32,000 nt of DNA from an uncultured Clostridia bacterium. Lineage in GTDB: Bacteria > Bacillota > Clostridia > TANB77 > CAG-508. Positions 1 to 10,926 of the stretch are shown in pieces. Made by a program: the position numbers and the translations under genes. Position 1 is the first letter of the stretch. Every line of letters starts with the position of its first letter. The stretch lies in contig CAQUUC010000002.1 of NCBI GenBank assembly GCA_948896235.1, positions 93,887 through 125,886 of the forward strand. The letters are read 5' to 3'. The notes beneath the pieces were generated by a model. The model had not been told where the DNA came from, ran no database searches, and was given only the letters and a program-made list of their open reading frames with translations.

Positions 1-2703
1 TTCATTTGGTATTGTAGCTGTTGCTGGTGTTACTTCTGGCTCTACTACTATTTCTCCTTTGCTTTCTTCTACTTGAAGTACTGTTTTAGCAACGAATTTA
101 ACATCAATAATACAATTTCCATCTTTAACATCTCCATAGTTTACATTAATTGATGTTTCTTCTTTGTTTTCAACTTGAGCCATATCTTTTACTTCACCAC
201 AAACTGTTATTGATTCTATTTCATAACCTTCATCTGCTTTTATATTAAGTGTTGCAGATTCATTTTCTTTAAGTGTAATAATATTTCCTTCTTCTCTATT
301 AGCTCCTGTAATTATTCCACCTTCTGTGTCTGATACGATTACTGTTTTATCTTGTGGTACTTGTGTTCCATCATTTTCTAATACTGCAATAGCAAATGGA
401 CTAAAAGAATCACATGTAACAACTAAACCATATTGTGTAACAACACATGGAATTTCTTCAACATCTATTACTTCTCCTTTATCATTTCTTATAAAGTGAT
501 ATGCTTTAAATGTTACTCCTGCATCTTCTGGACCATATCCTGCTGGGAATCCAAGTGATAATCTTAATCTATGTCCTGTTTTTACAACATATTTTTTACA
601 CACATTTAATGAAATATTATATGTCTCACTTGTAACTATTTCTTGGTTTGGTAACTTATCTTCTATTAAATCATTCATAGTTTCTTTTTCTGCTTGAGTT
701 GTTCTTGTTGCTACTAGTGCTATTCTACTTTTTAGTTTATCGGATACTGCTTGTCCATCACTTGTTTTCCAACCATTCAATGAAAGGTCTTCATTTTCAA
801 GAAGAGTTGGTCTAGCAAATACCTCCCAATTTTTTGCTTTATTCATACTGAATGAACAAGCTATAATATTATATGATCCATATGTTATTTCTAATGGTGC
901 CTTTCCACTATTTTTTCCTACTAACCCTGTAACATAAATTCTATAATTTGCTCCATCATCAGCATACATTTCACTAAATTTCAAATCAAATGTTATTCTA
1001 TTTTTTCCATCAAATTTGAAATTTGTTATTTCTGATTTTTCTGCTCCAGTTGCTCCTGATGATTCCATTCTATATCCTACTTCTGTTACTCCATCTTCAA
1101 AAACTAAGTCATCATCATAAGTAACGTCTACATGATACGTTGGTCCTACTGAAAGTGATTGTGTTGCTTTTGGTGTTTGAGTTTTTATATATGGTCTTGC
1201 TTTATATATTCCACTTGGGTTATATAGTTTTCCAGTTTGTGCTACGAAGTCACTTCCATCTCCTTGATACGTATATTGTTTCAAAGGATCACTTGAAGGT
1301 GCTAATGTTGTTACTGCAAACTCTACATATTCTGAGTTTGGAACTGATATATAAATATGATCTCCATTATCTTTAAATGCTCCTGGTGCATATAAATTAG
1401 GATTCATATATCCCCAATTACCTTCACGCCATATATCATCTCCTGGTCTATATTCATGATATTTCATTAATATATATTTTTTGTCCTTTGTATTTTCTGC
1501 ATATCCTTTACCATTATAACTAATATGAAAATCACCAGATTTATATTCTTCCGTTTCTGTTCCATCTTGTTTATATTTTACTAATAATCCATTTATGTTT
1601 GTTACATTATCAATACCATAATCTTCTACACTTAATTCTGGATATCTAAATACATAATTTCCTGCAGCTTCTACTGTTTCTATTGCAACATGCTCTTTAT
1701 TCATAGTTTCTGTTCCAACTAAACAATATCTTGTATTTTCAAATCCTTCTACTATATCATCCCCAGGTCCCCACTCTGGAAGTGTAGTATCTACAGTAGT
1801 ATCACGTAAAAAAGGATCATCTAATGTAGCATCTATAGCATACCATACCTTTTCTGTTGATCTTGCATTTGTTTGTTTTTCTATTTGAACATAATTCCAC
1901 ATATGAGGAACTGCAGCAGCACCATCTGATTGATGTGTTCCTTGTACTAATATATTATTAATTCCTATTTTATCTAAAATTATTTTTAATGCTCTTGCAT
2001 ATCCTTCACATACTGCTTGTTTTTTTACAAGTGCACCATAAGGAGTTCCTAAAAATCCTTCATTTCCTTCTGTACAGTCACTTTCTAATCTGTAAGATGT
2101 ATTATGTATAATTTTGTTATGTATGTATTTTATTTGTTCTGTTACTAATTCTTTGCCTTCTTCTACCTTAAGATTTTTCACTTCTTCTACGATTTGATTT
2201 ACTATATCATTAAATGCTAATATTTCTTCTTCCACTTGTTCTTTACTGGTAAATCCATCTACATAGTAATTTTTTAAGCTTCCTGAACCAATGTTAGCAT
2301 GATATCTATTTTGTGCATCTTTTGTTACCCTAAGATTCAATTTTTGAATTTGAATATAAAAAACCTCTGGATAGTCTGCATAAAATGCATATCTTGCTGC
2401 ATTCATTGCTACTTTTAATTCATTATTTCCTTTCATGTAACTTTCAAGTTGTTCTTGAGTTACATATTTGTCATCTTTAGCAAGGTCAAAACTTTCTGTT
2501 CCTGTTTTTAAAATTCCTTGCTCATACATTTCACATATTCCATTATATATTTTCTTTGCTGTATTATCCAATTGTTGATAATGGAATTTTTCATTGTTTT
2601 CTGTCTCTTGTGCATATACAGAATTGTTAAATGGAATGATATTAATTTGTGTAATAAAAATTGCAATTAATAACATTCCTGTAATTAGTTTTTTTACTTT
2701 CAT
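1..2703 (-). CDS. secreted transglutaminase-like (Cys-His-Asp papain-fold core) protein; 3' end lies beyond the window
   Basis: Absent from the ORF track because it runs off the window edge. My reverse-complement translation from ATG 2703 (AGAGAGGAAA Shine-Dalgarno upstream) stays open for all 901 codons down to position 1. It begins MKVKKLITGMLLIAIFITQINIIPFNNSVYAQE (signal peptide). A transglutaminase-like core follows: QAVCEGYARALKIILDKIGI ... PHMWNYVQI ... WYAIDATLDDPF. Confidence 0.75.
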   Translation of the reverse strand, partial: MKVKKLITGMLLIAIFITQINIIPFNNSVYAQETENNEKFHYQQLDNTAKKIYNGICEMYEQGILKTGTESFDLAKDDKYVTQEQLESYMKGNNELKVAMNAARYAFYADYPEVFYIQIQKLNLRVTKDAQNRYHANIGSGSLKNYYVDGFTSKEQVEEEILAFNDIVNQIVEEVKNLKVEEGKELVTEQIKYIHNKIIHNTSYRLESDCTEGNEGFLGTPYGALVKKQAVCEGYARALKIILDKIGINNILVQGTHQSDGAAAVPHMWNYVQIEKQTNARSTEKVWYAIDATLDDPFLRDTTVDTTLPEWGPGDDIVEGFENTRYCLVGTETMNKEHVAIETVEAAGNYVFRYPELSVEDYGIDNVTNINGLLVKYKQDGTETEEYKSGDFHISYNGKGYAENTKDKKYILMKYHEYRPGDDIWREGNWGYMNPNLYAPGAFKDNGDHIYISVPNSEYVEFAVTTLAPSSDPLKQYTYQGDGSDFVAQTGKLYNPSGIYKARPYIKTQTPKATQSLSVGPTYHVDVTYDDDLVFEDGVTEVGYRMESSGATGAEKSEITNFKFDGKNRITFDLKFSEMYADDGANYRIYVTGLVGKNSGKAPLEITYGSYNIIACSFSMNKAKNWEVFARPTLLENEDLSLNGWKTSDGQAVSDKLKSRIALVATRTTQAEKETMNDLIEDKLPNQEIVTSETYNISLNVCKKYVVKTGHRLRLSLGFPAGYGPEDAGVTFKAYHFIRNDKGEVIDVEEIPCVVTQYGLVVTCDSFSPFAIAVLENDGTQVPQDKTVIVSDTEGGIITGANREEGNIITLKENESATLNIKADEGYEIESITVCGEVKDMAQVENKEETSINVNYGDVKDGNCIIDVKFVAKTVLQVEESKGEIVVEPEVTPATATIPNE

Positions 2704-2911
2704 AAATTAATTTCCTCTCTTTCATTTTTTAAACAATTGTATACATAACGCTAGAAATTATAACATATTTTCCATATTTCGTCAATATATATTACAACTG
2801 TTTCTTCCTATTTTTCCAAGTATCTATTGTGTTTTATAATGTGTTTTTTTAGACTTATACCACTTATATAAAATGTTCATTTTAGGTATGATTTTTTACT
2901 CTATCCTTTAA

Positions 2912-2949
2912 CAAAAAGAAAGAAGATGCATATCTTTCATCTTCTTTCT
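2912..2949 (-). terminator. rho-independent terminator after the giant protease gene
   Basis: Perfect 12-bp stem agaaagaagatg (2917-2928) / catcttctttct (2938-2949) with a 9-nt loop. On the minus strand it is followed by TTTTTGTT, 12 nt past the stop at 2961. Confidence 0.6.
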
Positions 2950-2960
2950 AAATATGATGT

Positions 2961-5900
2961 TTATCTTAATTCTGGATATCCTTTAGCATTTAGATTGTCT
3001 AAATCCCAAATGTTTTCATCAAATTCTAAATTTTTATAAAATTCTTTATTTAAGTCTGATTTAGAAATAGCATCTAAATTTCCACTTGTATTTGATGTAG
3101 CATTGCTTTTTCCTGTTGCTTCAGCATATTCATAACATTTTGTAAGCATTGTTTTAATAAACGATTCATCTGCATACATAAATTTGCTAGGAAGCATATC
3201 TTCTGTATAAGCTGACATATTTCCAAATGACAATGAATTTTTGATACGACTTGTATTACCATTTGGCAATCCAACAATTCCTGCATTTTGTTTTCTGTTT
3301 TTCTTTTCTGAATCTGATGTTCTTTCAATATTTACATCTGATATTACATTTGATACTGTAACATTTGTTTCTGTTGAACCTATAATTCCTGCATTTGCTA
3401 TCGCTGTAACAGATAAATTACCATCGACATATACATTTGTTACTGTTCCTCCATATTTTCTACCAACAAGCCCTGCAATATATACTCCACTTCCACTTAA
3501 ATTAGCATTTTTGATACTAATTTTATCAAAAGTTGAATTACTATTATCTACTGCAACTACTACTGCAACATTGTTTCTACCTTGTACTGTTACATTGTTA
3601 AATTTCATATTAGCAAATTTAGCACCTGAACTTTTTAATGCAAATATTCCAACAAAGTCTGTTGTTGCTTTTGTATTTGTACAATTTTCCATATTTAAGT
3701 TTTCTACTGTTCCATTAAATTGTTCAAATAATGCACTATTATTTAGATTTGAAATTGTATATCCTTTTCCATCTATTTTTCCTGTAAATGTTCCTGCTAT
3801 AATAGTATTTGTTGTAGCTGTATGTCCAGTAAAGTCTATATCACCTGTTAATTCAAATAATCCGCCTGGTTCAGTACTTAATTTTTCTACAAATTCAGTT
3901 TTGTTTGAAATCTTTGTAACTAAACGCTCTACAGTACATTCTCTAGTAATTACATTACTAACAGCTCCACCAATTAAAGCTAAATCATTTCTAGCACCCA
4001 AGAACATTTTTAATCCTGTAGCATTTATTTTTTCTGCTGTACTAGATTCTATTTTATTAGCTAAAGCTCCTGAAGTAGTATTAGTTCTTGGAATATCTGT
4101 GTTTTCTAATGTTAAGTTTCCAACATATCCATATCTAATTTTATTAAATATAGGTATTTTATTACCAATTATTTTATGTCCATTACCATCTAATCTGCCC
4201 ATAAATGTTTGAGTTACATTTGTAGTCATTTCTGAGAAATCAATGTCATTATCTAGTACATAGTAGCCATAAGGTTTATTATTAATTTTCTCTACTAATT
4301 CTTCTGCTGTTTGTATATGTGTTACTTCAACATCTGTTCCAAGTGGGTCAGCCACAAAGTCATTTGTAGCACTCTTTAAGTAATGATAATATATCTTTCT
4401 AAGATTTGTTCTTTGAGATATATTTCTATCTCCATTATTAGCATCATTTATTAATGCTTCAGTAAATCTGTCTATCATGTATTGAATATCTATATATTTA
4501 TTATCATTAATATTTTCTTCAACTGTTGCATATCTACTCATTTTGTATTGTTTCCAATCCATTTCAGTACCAGTTACCATTTTAGTAATTTTCTTAATTG
4601 CATCTAAGTCATTAGCAGATGCTTTGCTACCATAAGTAACATATCCATCAACTCCAGCATAACCTAACATTTCAAAGAAATTACGTTTAGTAGAGAATGC
4701 ATCAGCATATCCACCATCTAAATGACCTAAAAACCAACGGTTTACCCATACAGATTCAAATCCATAATCATTTGAACCAAGTCCATTAATTACAGCTAAT
4801 CCTCTTACACTTACTCCCCAAGCATTATTTGGTCTTAGCACAATTCTATTATCATATAAAGCTTCTAATGATGTTAAATTCATAGCAGTAGCTTGTGCTG
4901 CCGTAATTCCTCCCCAAGAAGTCCAACCAGCAGATATATTCATTCTTGTCGCGATTTTTGCTTGTTGTTCTGGTGTTAATCTAATAAATGCTTTTCCTTC
5001 AATATAATCTAGTAAATCTAGTGCATTTTGTTGTCCTTTATAATAATTTTCTAATTTTTCCCTTGTATTAATTCTCTCAGGAGTTAGATTTTGAGTCGCA
5101 TTACCTTCTTTATTCAAATAGAAAGATGTATTAAAGTAATATGGTCCAACATCTTGAGTAAGATTGTTTTCGCTCCAATTAGCATATTGTTGAACATTAC
5201 CTTCTGTAAGTGTTTCAAGTTGCACTCTAGCACCACGTTGATATAACATTATTTTATCATATAAAGCATGTTCAAATTCGTGTGTCCAAGTATCAAAATT
5301 AGTAAGTCCTGGTCTTGCTTGGAACCATAGGAATCCAGCAGTATTACCTACACCAGCTGAGCTACCACCTGGTTGCCATAGTCCAAAAACTTCACTAAAA
5401 TTCTTAAAGAATGGATATTCTAGACCAACTTTTCCTTGTGTATAAACTGGACCTGTTGATATTACAATATTTGTACCAGGGAAATAAGTATTTTTATAAC
5501 CTGTAATTATTTTTGTACAATCATAGACCATAATACAGTAGTTATTCCATTTTTTATAGTCAAATGAATCTGCTAAAGTAGAAAAATGGCTTTTTACAAG
5601 TTTAACATGATTATTTACTTTGTTTTCAACTTCTGTTCTTCCAGCTTCAGTCTGAGGATCTTTATGATATAATTGTGAAGGTCCAAATTGTAAATGAGCA
5701 GGTCCAGAAATCATATACGCACAATCATTTGGTAAAGTAATAACTGGAAGTATCATTTTTGCCTTTTTGGTAAGTTGATACCAACCACGATACCCTATTT
5801 CAGGTAGATGATCTACTGAAACTTCAGCTAGTATATTTCTAGCACCAAAATACTCAGTAAACCAGTCATTTACATCTTCATATCCACCAATATTAGCTAT

Positions 5901-8900
5901 TATATAATTTAGGAAATAGCCAACAGTTGAACTTCCTGTATATTTTTTTAGACAACTTGTATAAAATCCATCTGTTCCTCCTGGATTTAGATTTCCTACA
6001 AGTACTTCATTTGCTACATTATATAATGTCATCGCATTTGAATACATTTTACCTTCAAATAGTAATATGTCTGATACTCTTGCACCACCTATTTCAAATC
6101 CATACCAACGTTGATAATAGTTATAAGCATATATCATTTTATTTATTTTTTCAGTTCCTATTAATTCTTTTTCTATTTTTTTGTTTAGAACTTCATTATT
6201 CAACATAAGTATACTACTTTCATCATTTTGTAAAATTTGAAGTGCTATTTCTTCTGCCATATTTTTAATTACATTATTATAATTATCTCTATATAATCTG
6301 CTATCTGCTGCTGCAGTAAGTGGCTCTAATACTGTGTTATAATCTAATGATTTTATATAATCAGCTAGTTTTTTTACAACTTCTGAGTCTTCATTTATAA
6401 TATAATTTCCAAACGCATAACTTAGATTTAATTCTGGTATTTTATATATTGCAATATTTCCCATAAGTTTTTCAAAGTTTACTTCATATTGTTTTACAGT
6501 ATAATCAGTGAATACAACTTTTATACTTGTTATTCCGTTATATGCTTTTGATGTTAAATATGTTACAAGTTTATTGTCTGCAAATGGTAGTATATGTTTT
6601 ATAGTTTTTGTATTTAATGTATCTGTATTTGATATACTAACACTATCTAATACTACATATTTTGCATCATAATATGGCATTAATTTTTGTATATTATTAT
6701 ATGCTATTAATTTATTTGTATTAAATCCTGGTGTATTTTTTATTCTATCATATTCTGGTATATATAAGTTCGCATCTATCTCTTCTGTATCTGTTTCTGT
6801 TTCATTTTCTTGTTGTTTATTTCCTTTTAATGTTGGCATATGGTCATAAGACACATCATCTAAATTCCATACATTTTCATCAAATTTTGCACTATCTTTA
6901 AAGAATTCTTTTGTTATATTATCTTTAGAAACTTTCTTTACTCTTTCTCCTGAAGCATTAGATATTAATTCAGATTCTTCTAGTTCATAGTTATTAGTAG
7001 AAGCATTTGGATTAATATTACCACCATGTACTTTATAAACACCTGTACCAGTTGATAAACTTACATTATTTTTTAAAGTTGCAACTGTACCATTTCCTAA
7101 TCCTATTATGGCACCATTAAGTCTAGGTCCTCCACCACTCCAAACATAATTTATTTTTGTAATACAGTTTTCAATAGTAACTGGTGTATTTTCTAATGCG
7201 TGACCTAAAATACCTCCTATTCCATTACCATCTTTAGTCTGAGTTGAATGCACTTCACCTTGTACATAACAATTTTTAATTGTTCCTCCTGTCATTGTAC
7301 CAGCAATTCCTGCTACTCTGATATGACCAGATGTATTTACTTTATAATTTCTTATACTACATTCTTCAATATTTCCTGAATTTAAATCACCAACAATTCC
7401 ACCTACTTGATTTACTTTTGTTGTTATATTTAAGTTTTTAATGTGTACATTTTTTATAGTAGTATTTGTAGCAATATTTGCTATACTTCCTCTACTTGTT
7501 GCTTCCATTAAATTCACTTTTTCTAATTGAATATTTTGAATTGTTGCACTTTCTAGTGTATTAAATAATGGTTTACTTAAATTATATATTTTGTGTCCAT
7601 TTCCATTTAATGTACCTCTAAATTCACCTGTAATAAGTGAATTATTTGTTGTTTTTAAATATGATACATCATAATCTTGTGTTAGTGTAAAGTCCCCATC
7701 TGGATTTGCTTCTATTTCTGCAATTAAAGTTTCTATACTCTTATTTTCAGCAACTCCATTATTTACTTTACCATACGTAACTTTTAATTTATTTTGTTTT
7801 TTGCCATTTTCGTATTGAATTACATTATCATAATCTAAAATAAAATCTAGATTTCCATCTTCTGTTATTTCATAGCTCTTTATTTCAGCATATAATATAG
7901 GCATTTCTTTTTGTATAACTTTTACTATATAATTATCTAATGTAGATAATTCTTCTTCTGTTATACTGCTAACTTCTGCTGTTGGGTCTTCTTTTGAATA
8001 TAGATTTATTGTGATTATATCTTTAAATTCAATCAAACGCTCTGCACTTATATTAATTCCTTCTTTAAATAATTGTTGATTTTCATATTCGTTATCTCCA
8101 GTTGTAATTTGATTTGTATCTAAATCATAATCTGCAAGTATTTGTATTTCGAATTCCTCACAAATCCCTTTTTCAAAGCTAATTCCATTTGAAGTACTAG
8201 TTAATTTTTCTTCTTTTATTTTGTCTCCGTTTTCATTTATTACTTTTATAGTTCCATTTGTTATTGCTTCTTCTGTATCATTTACTTTAAATGATACATC
8301 AATATTTCTATTATCTTCATTTTCACTATATCCAAAATCTGTAATAGTTGGTCTTAATTTTAATATTCCTACTCTTGTTTGGTTATTTTCTGTTAATTCA
8401 ATTTCTTTTGTATTATTTAAAATTATTTTTTCAATTGTTATTGTTTTTGGTCCAAATGTAGAAACTACTGGTATCTTTGTTTTATAATTTTGATTTACTT
8501 TTTCTAATTCATATTGTTTTCCATTTATAATTGCATAAACCGGATAGAATTCTGTTGTATTATTACTATCAAAACTTACAGTTACTTCTTGTCCTCTTTC
8601 AAAATATTTTGTTTCTTTTTCTCCATTATATGTTTTAATATTCTCTATTTTTAGTTCATAATCTGCAATTAATTGAATTGGTCTTTGTCTGAATATTTCG
8701 TCTTCTACATAGTTTTTATTTGTTTCTTCTTCTATTTCATTAGTATCTCTATCATATGTCATTTTTGCAATTAATGTATATTGTGTTCCTAATTCAATAT
8801 TATTTATTTCAAAAGTAATGTGTTCAGCATCAAATGTTTTAGTTGCTACTATTTGGTTATCACTATTTCTTACAAGTTCTGCTTTTCCAGTTATAAATGC

Positions 8901-10895
8901 TTTATCTGGGTCTACTATGTTTGCAGTTAATGTTACAGTTCTTTTTTCTATATCATCTTTTTGTGAAAATGCTTCACTTGTAGGTTTTTCTTTTAAAACA
9001 TCTATTTTTACTTGGTTTGTTACACTAACTGTTGTATTTCCTTCAAATATAATATCTGTTGTATCTAAGTCTACTATACCTGCTGTTTCTCCTGCATTTA
9101 GAGTTACAGAATATGTTACATTTCCTTCTTCATCTATGTTTTTTGTTGCAATACATATTAGGTTGTTTACCCTAATGTGTGTTATATTAAGATTATCTTT
9201 ATTTGTTTCTATTTCATATCTTAATGTAATATTTTCTCCTTTTTCAGGATATTTGTTTGATACTTTTACATCTTTTATACTAACAGTTGTATTAGATGTT
9301 TCTTCATTTTCTAGTATAGTTTTTGTGTATGTATAATTTTCATCATTTCCAAGTAAAGAATAAGTTGCAATTAATTTTATTTTATATTTATCTGATAATT
9401 TTACATCTTCTAAATTTATACTAGTATTTATATAATATGTATTTTTTAAATCTTCTTCTTCACTATCATTTAGATTTTCATCTTTTAAATACTCTGTTAA
9501 ATCTTTTGATGTAATTTCATTATCACTTTCATCAACTAATTTCGCAGTTAAATTAGTTATTGCCTTATCTTTATCTTTTATAAATATAAGCATATCCATG
9601 TTCTTTTCTTCTGTATTCTCATGGCTTCTAAATCTTGCAACAGTTGGTACATTTTTTATTATTCTTACTTGTGTTTCTTGATTTACTTCAAATTCTTTTC
9701 CATTATCTAAAATAATCTTTTCTATAGTTATATTGTGATTACCTGTACTGTCAAATCCATCTATAAATGATGTATATGTATTGTCTTGTTTTGTAAGATC
9801 ATATTTTTTTCCATTTATAATTGCACTTTTTGGTAAATATTCTGTTTCATTTGTACTATCAAATTTTACTATTATCTTTTCTTCTATATTGAATTCTTCT
9901 GAAGTTTCGTCTTCATGTTCTTCTTTACAGATTTTAATATTAGATAATTGGAATTCATAATCTTTTACAAGGATTAATTCTTCATTTTTTGTAAGTCTTC
10001 CTGTATTGTCTACTTCTTGTTCTAAAGTATCTGTATCTAAGTTGTATGGTACATTTACTAATATTTGATATTTCTTGTTTTCTTCTACTTTTACATTTAT
10101 CTTATTAGTACCAACTTTTACTGCTCCTTGTTGTATATAATTTGTTCCTTCTGAATTTTCATTTTCTTCCTTATTTTCAGTAATTATATATTCTCCTGTT
10201 CCTGTTATTGCTTCATCAGAATCTACTACGTCAAATGATATATTTAATTCTGATTTTTCTAAGTCTTCTGTTAATGTCCAGTTTTCAATTTGAGGTTGTA
10301 CTTTTAATACATCTACTTTAATTGTTTTATTAATTTCAATTTCTTTTTCATTTATAAGAGTTAGTTTTTCAATTTTATATTCTTTTACACCTTTTATGTC
10401 TCCTACATTTAATTTAACCTCATATAGATTTTGTTCATTTTTTACTGTTTCATATTCTTTTCCACTAATAGTTATTGTTTTAATATCAATATTATAAGTT
10501 ACATCAATATCTAAACTTATTGTTATTTCTTCATTTTTATTTGGATAATAATTATTTACTTCTATTTCTCTTACAGTAGCTTCATATTCTAATGTTTTTT
10601 CTATTTTTTGTATTAGAAGTGTTAAGTCTGTTATTGTTATTTCTCCATCATTATTCATATCTGCATTTTCTAGTTTATCTTCTGGTAATATTTTTGAATG
10701 AATCAAATGTAGTTCTAGCAAACTAACATCTGCATAATCTACTTGTCCATCTCCATTTAAGTCACCTTTGTTAATATTAGTTGCATAAATCACTCCTAAA
10801 AATATTAACAAAAATATTGGTATGCAAATACTTATTTTTAATAAAAATTTATTTTTAGCTATTTTATCTCTTACAGTTGTTTTCATTATATTCAT
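2961..10895 (-). CDS. giant (2644 aa) surface metalloprotease, Zmp/IgA-protease-like (M26-type), with N-terminal dockerin, four tandem ~220-aa modules and two GLUG-repeat blocks
   Basis: Single uninterrupted ORF; GGAG lies 5 nt before ATG 10895. N-terminal hydrophobic anchor FLLKISICIPIFLLIFLGVIYA. Two dockerin EF-hand-like repeats. Four related modules each end in a ...KIDVLK/RIIK/GILK segment. GLUG-type motifs include GGIVGDLNSGNIEECSI, AGIAGTMTGGTIKNCYV and AGLVGRKYGGTVTNVYV. Zinc motif WTHEFEHALYD. Product family is assigned from motif knowledge, not from a database search. Confidence 0.8.
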   Translation of the reverse strand: MNIMKTTVRDKIAKNKFLLKISICIPIFLLIFLGVIYATNINKGDLNGDGQVDYADVSLLELHLIHSKILPEDKLENADMNNDGEITITDLTLLIQKIEKTLEYEATVREIEVNNYYPNKNEEITISLDIDVTYNIDIKTITISGKEYETVKNEQNLYEVKLNVGDIKGVKEYKIEKLTLINEKEIEINKTIKVDVLKVQPQIENWTLTEDLEKSELNISFDVVDSDEAITGTGEYIITENKEENENSEGTNYIQQGAVKVGTNKINVKVEENKKYQILVNVPYNLDTDTLEQEVDNTGRLTKNEELILVKDYEFQLSNIKICKEEHEDETSEEFNIEEKIIVKFDSTNETEYLPKSAIINGKKYDLTKQDNTYTSFIDGFDSTGNHNITIEKIILDNGKEFEVNQETQVRIIKNVPTVARFRSHENTEEKNMDMLIFIKDKDKAITNLTAKLVDESDNEITSKDLTEYLKDENLNDSEEEDLKNTYYINTSINLEDVKLSDKYKIKLIATYSLLGNDENYTYTKTILENEETSNTTVSIKDVKVSNKYPEKGENITLRYEIETNKDNLNITHIRVNNLICIATKNIDEEGNVTYSVTLNAGETAGIVDLDTTDIIFEGNTTVSVTNQVKIDVLKEKPTSEAFSQKDDIEKRTVTLTANIVDPDKAFITGKAELVRNSDNQIVATKTFDAEHITFEINNIELGTQYTLIAKMTYDRDTNEIEEETNKNYVEDEIFRQRPIQLIADYELKIENIKTYNGEKETKYFERGQEVTVSFDSNNTTEFYPVYAIINGKQYELEKVNQNYKTKIPVVSTFGPKTITIEKIILNNTKEIELTENNQTRVGILKLRPTITDFGYSENEDNRNIDVSFKVNDTEEAITNGTIKVINENGDKIKEEKLTSTSNGISFEKGICEEFEIQILADYDLDTNQITTGDNEYENQQLFKEGINISAERLIEFKDIITINLYSKEDPTAEVSSITEEELSTLDNYIVKVIQKEMPILYAEIKSYEITEDGNLDFILDYDNVIQYENGKKQNKLKVTYGKVNNGVAENKSIETLIAEIEANPDGDFTLTQDYDVSYLKTTNNSLITGEFRGTLNGNGHKIYNLSKPLFNTLESATIQNIQLEKVNLMEATSRGSIANIATNTTIKNVHIKNLNITTKVNQVGGIVGDLNSGNIEECSIRNYKVNTSGHIRVAGIAGTMTGGTIKNCYVQGEVHSTQTKDGNGIGGILGHALENTPVTIENCITKINYVWSGGGPRLNGAIIGLGNGTVATLKNNVSLSTGTGVYKVHGGNINPNASTNNYELEESELISNASGERVKKVSKDNITKEFFKDSAKFDENVWNLDDVSYDHMPTLKGNKQQENETETDTEEIDANLYIPEYDRIKNTPGFNTNKLIAYNNIQKLMPYYDAKYVVLDSVSISNTDTLNTKTIKHILPFADNKLVTYLTSKAYNGITSIKVVFTDYTVKQYEVNFEKLMGNIAIYKIPELNLSYAFGNYIINEDSEVVKKLADYIKSLDYNTVLEPLTAAADSRLYRDNYNNVIKNMAEEIALQILQNDESSILMLNNEVLNKKIEKELIGTEKINKMIYAYNYYQRWYGFEIGGARVSDILLFEGKMYSNAMTLYNVANEVLVGNLNPGGTDGFYTSCLKKYTGSSTVGYFLNYIIANIGGYEDVNDWFTEYFGARNILAEVSVDHLPEIGYRGWYQLTKKAKMILPVITLPNDCAYMISGPAHLQFGPSQLYHKDPQTEAGRTEVENKVNNHVKLVKSHFSTLADSFDYKKWNNYCIMVYDCTKIITGYKNTYFPGTNIVISTGPVYTQGKVGLEYPFFKNFSEVFGLWQPGGSSAGVGNTAGFLWFQARPGLTNFDTWTHEFEHALYDKIMLYQRGARVQLETLTEGNVQQYANWSENNLTQDVGPYYFNTSFYLNKEGNATQNLTPERINTREKLENYYKGQQNALDLLDYIEGKAFIRLTPEQQAKIATRMNISAGWTSWGGITAAQATAMNLTSLEALYDNRIVLRPNNAWGVSVRGLAVINGLGSNDYGFESVWVNRWFLGHLDGGYADAFSTKRNFFEMLGYAGVDGYVTYGSKASANDLDAIKKITKMVTGTEMDWKQYKMSRYATVEENINDNKYIDIQYMIDRFTEALINDANNGDRNISQRTNLRKIYYHYLKSATNDFVADPLGTDVEVTHIQTAEELVEKINNKPYGYYVLDNDIDFSEMTTNVTQTFMGRLDGNGHKIIGNKIPIFNKIRYGYVGNLTLENTDIPRTNTTSGALANKIESSTAEKINATGLKMFLGARNDLALIGGAVSNVITRECTVERLVTKISNKTEFVEKLSTEPGGLFELTGDIDFTGHTATTNTIIAGTFTGKIDGKGYTISNLNNSALFEQFNGTVENLNMENCTNTKATTDFVGIFALKSSGAKFANMKFNNVTVQGRNNVAVVVAVDNSNSTFDKISIKNANLSGSGVYIAGLVGRKYGGTVTNVYVDGNLSVTAIANAGIIGSTETNVTVSNVISDVNIERTSDSEKKNRKQNAGIVGLPNGNTSRIKNSLSFGNMSAYTEDMLPSKFMYADESFIKTMLTKCYEYAEATGKSNATSNTSGNLDAISKSDLNKEFYKNLEFDENIWDLDNLNAKGYPELR
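5268..5282 (-). other. HExxH zinc-binding motif (HEFEH) of the giant protease
   Basis: Minus-strand codons CAC GAA TTT GAA CAT in the context TWTHEFEHALYD. Confidence 0.7.
10602..10766 (-). other. dockerin module (two Ca-binding repeats) at the N-terminus of the giant protease
   Basis: Residues ~44-98: DLNGDGQVDYADVSLLELHLI ... DMNNDGEITITDLTLLIQKI. This is the classic duplicated D-x-N/D-x-D-G-x-(I/V)-x-x-x-D pattern of type I dockerins. Confidence 0.7.
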
Positions 10896-10926
10896 TTCAT
10901 CTCCTTTTTTACTACTTCCACTGTTT

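Noticed and set aside
3241-4212. Long plus-strand ORFs antisense to well-supported minus-strand genes. Examples: 1140..1376, 3241..4212, 5927..6208, 8221..8487, 8818..9336, 11168..11674, 12129..12491, 15950..16366, 19953..20534, 25823..26803 and 27610..27816.
   Set aside because: Their translations are low-complexity F/S/L/I-rich strings typical of the reverse strand of AT-rich, K/E/N-rich coding sequence. None has a convincing RBS, and each lies fully inside a gene with strong motif support.
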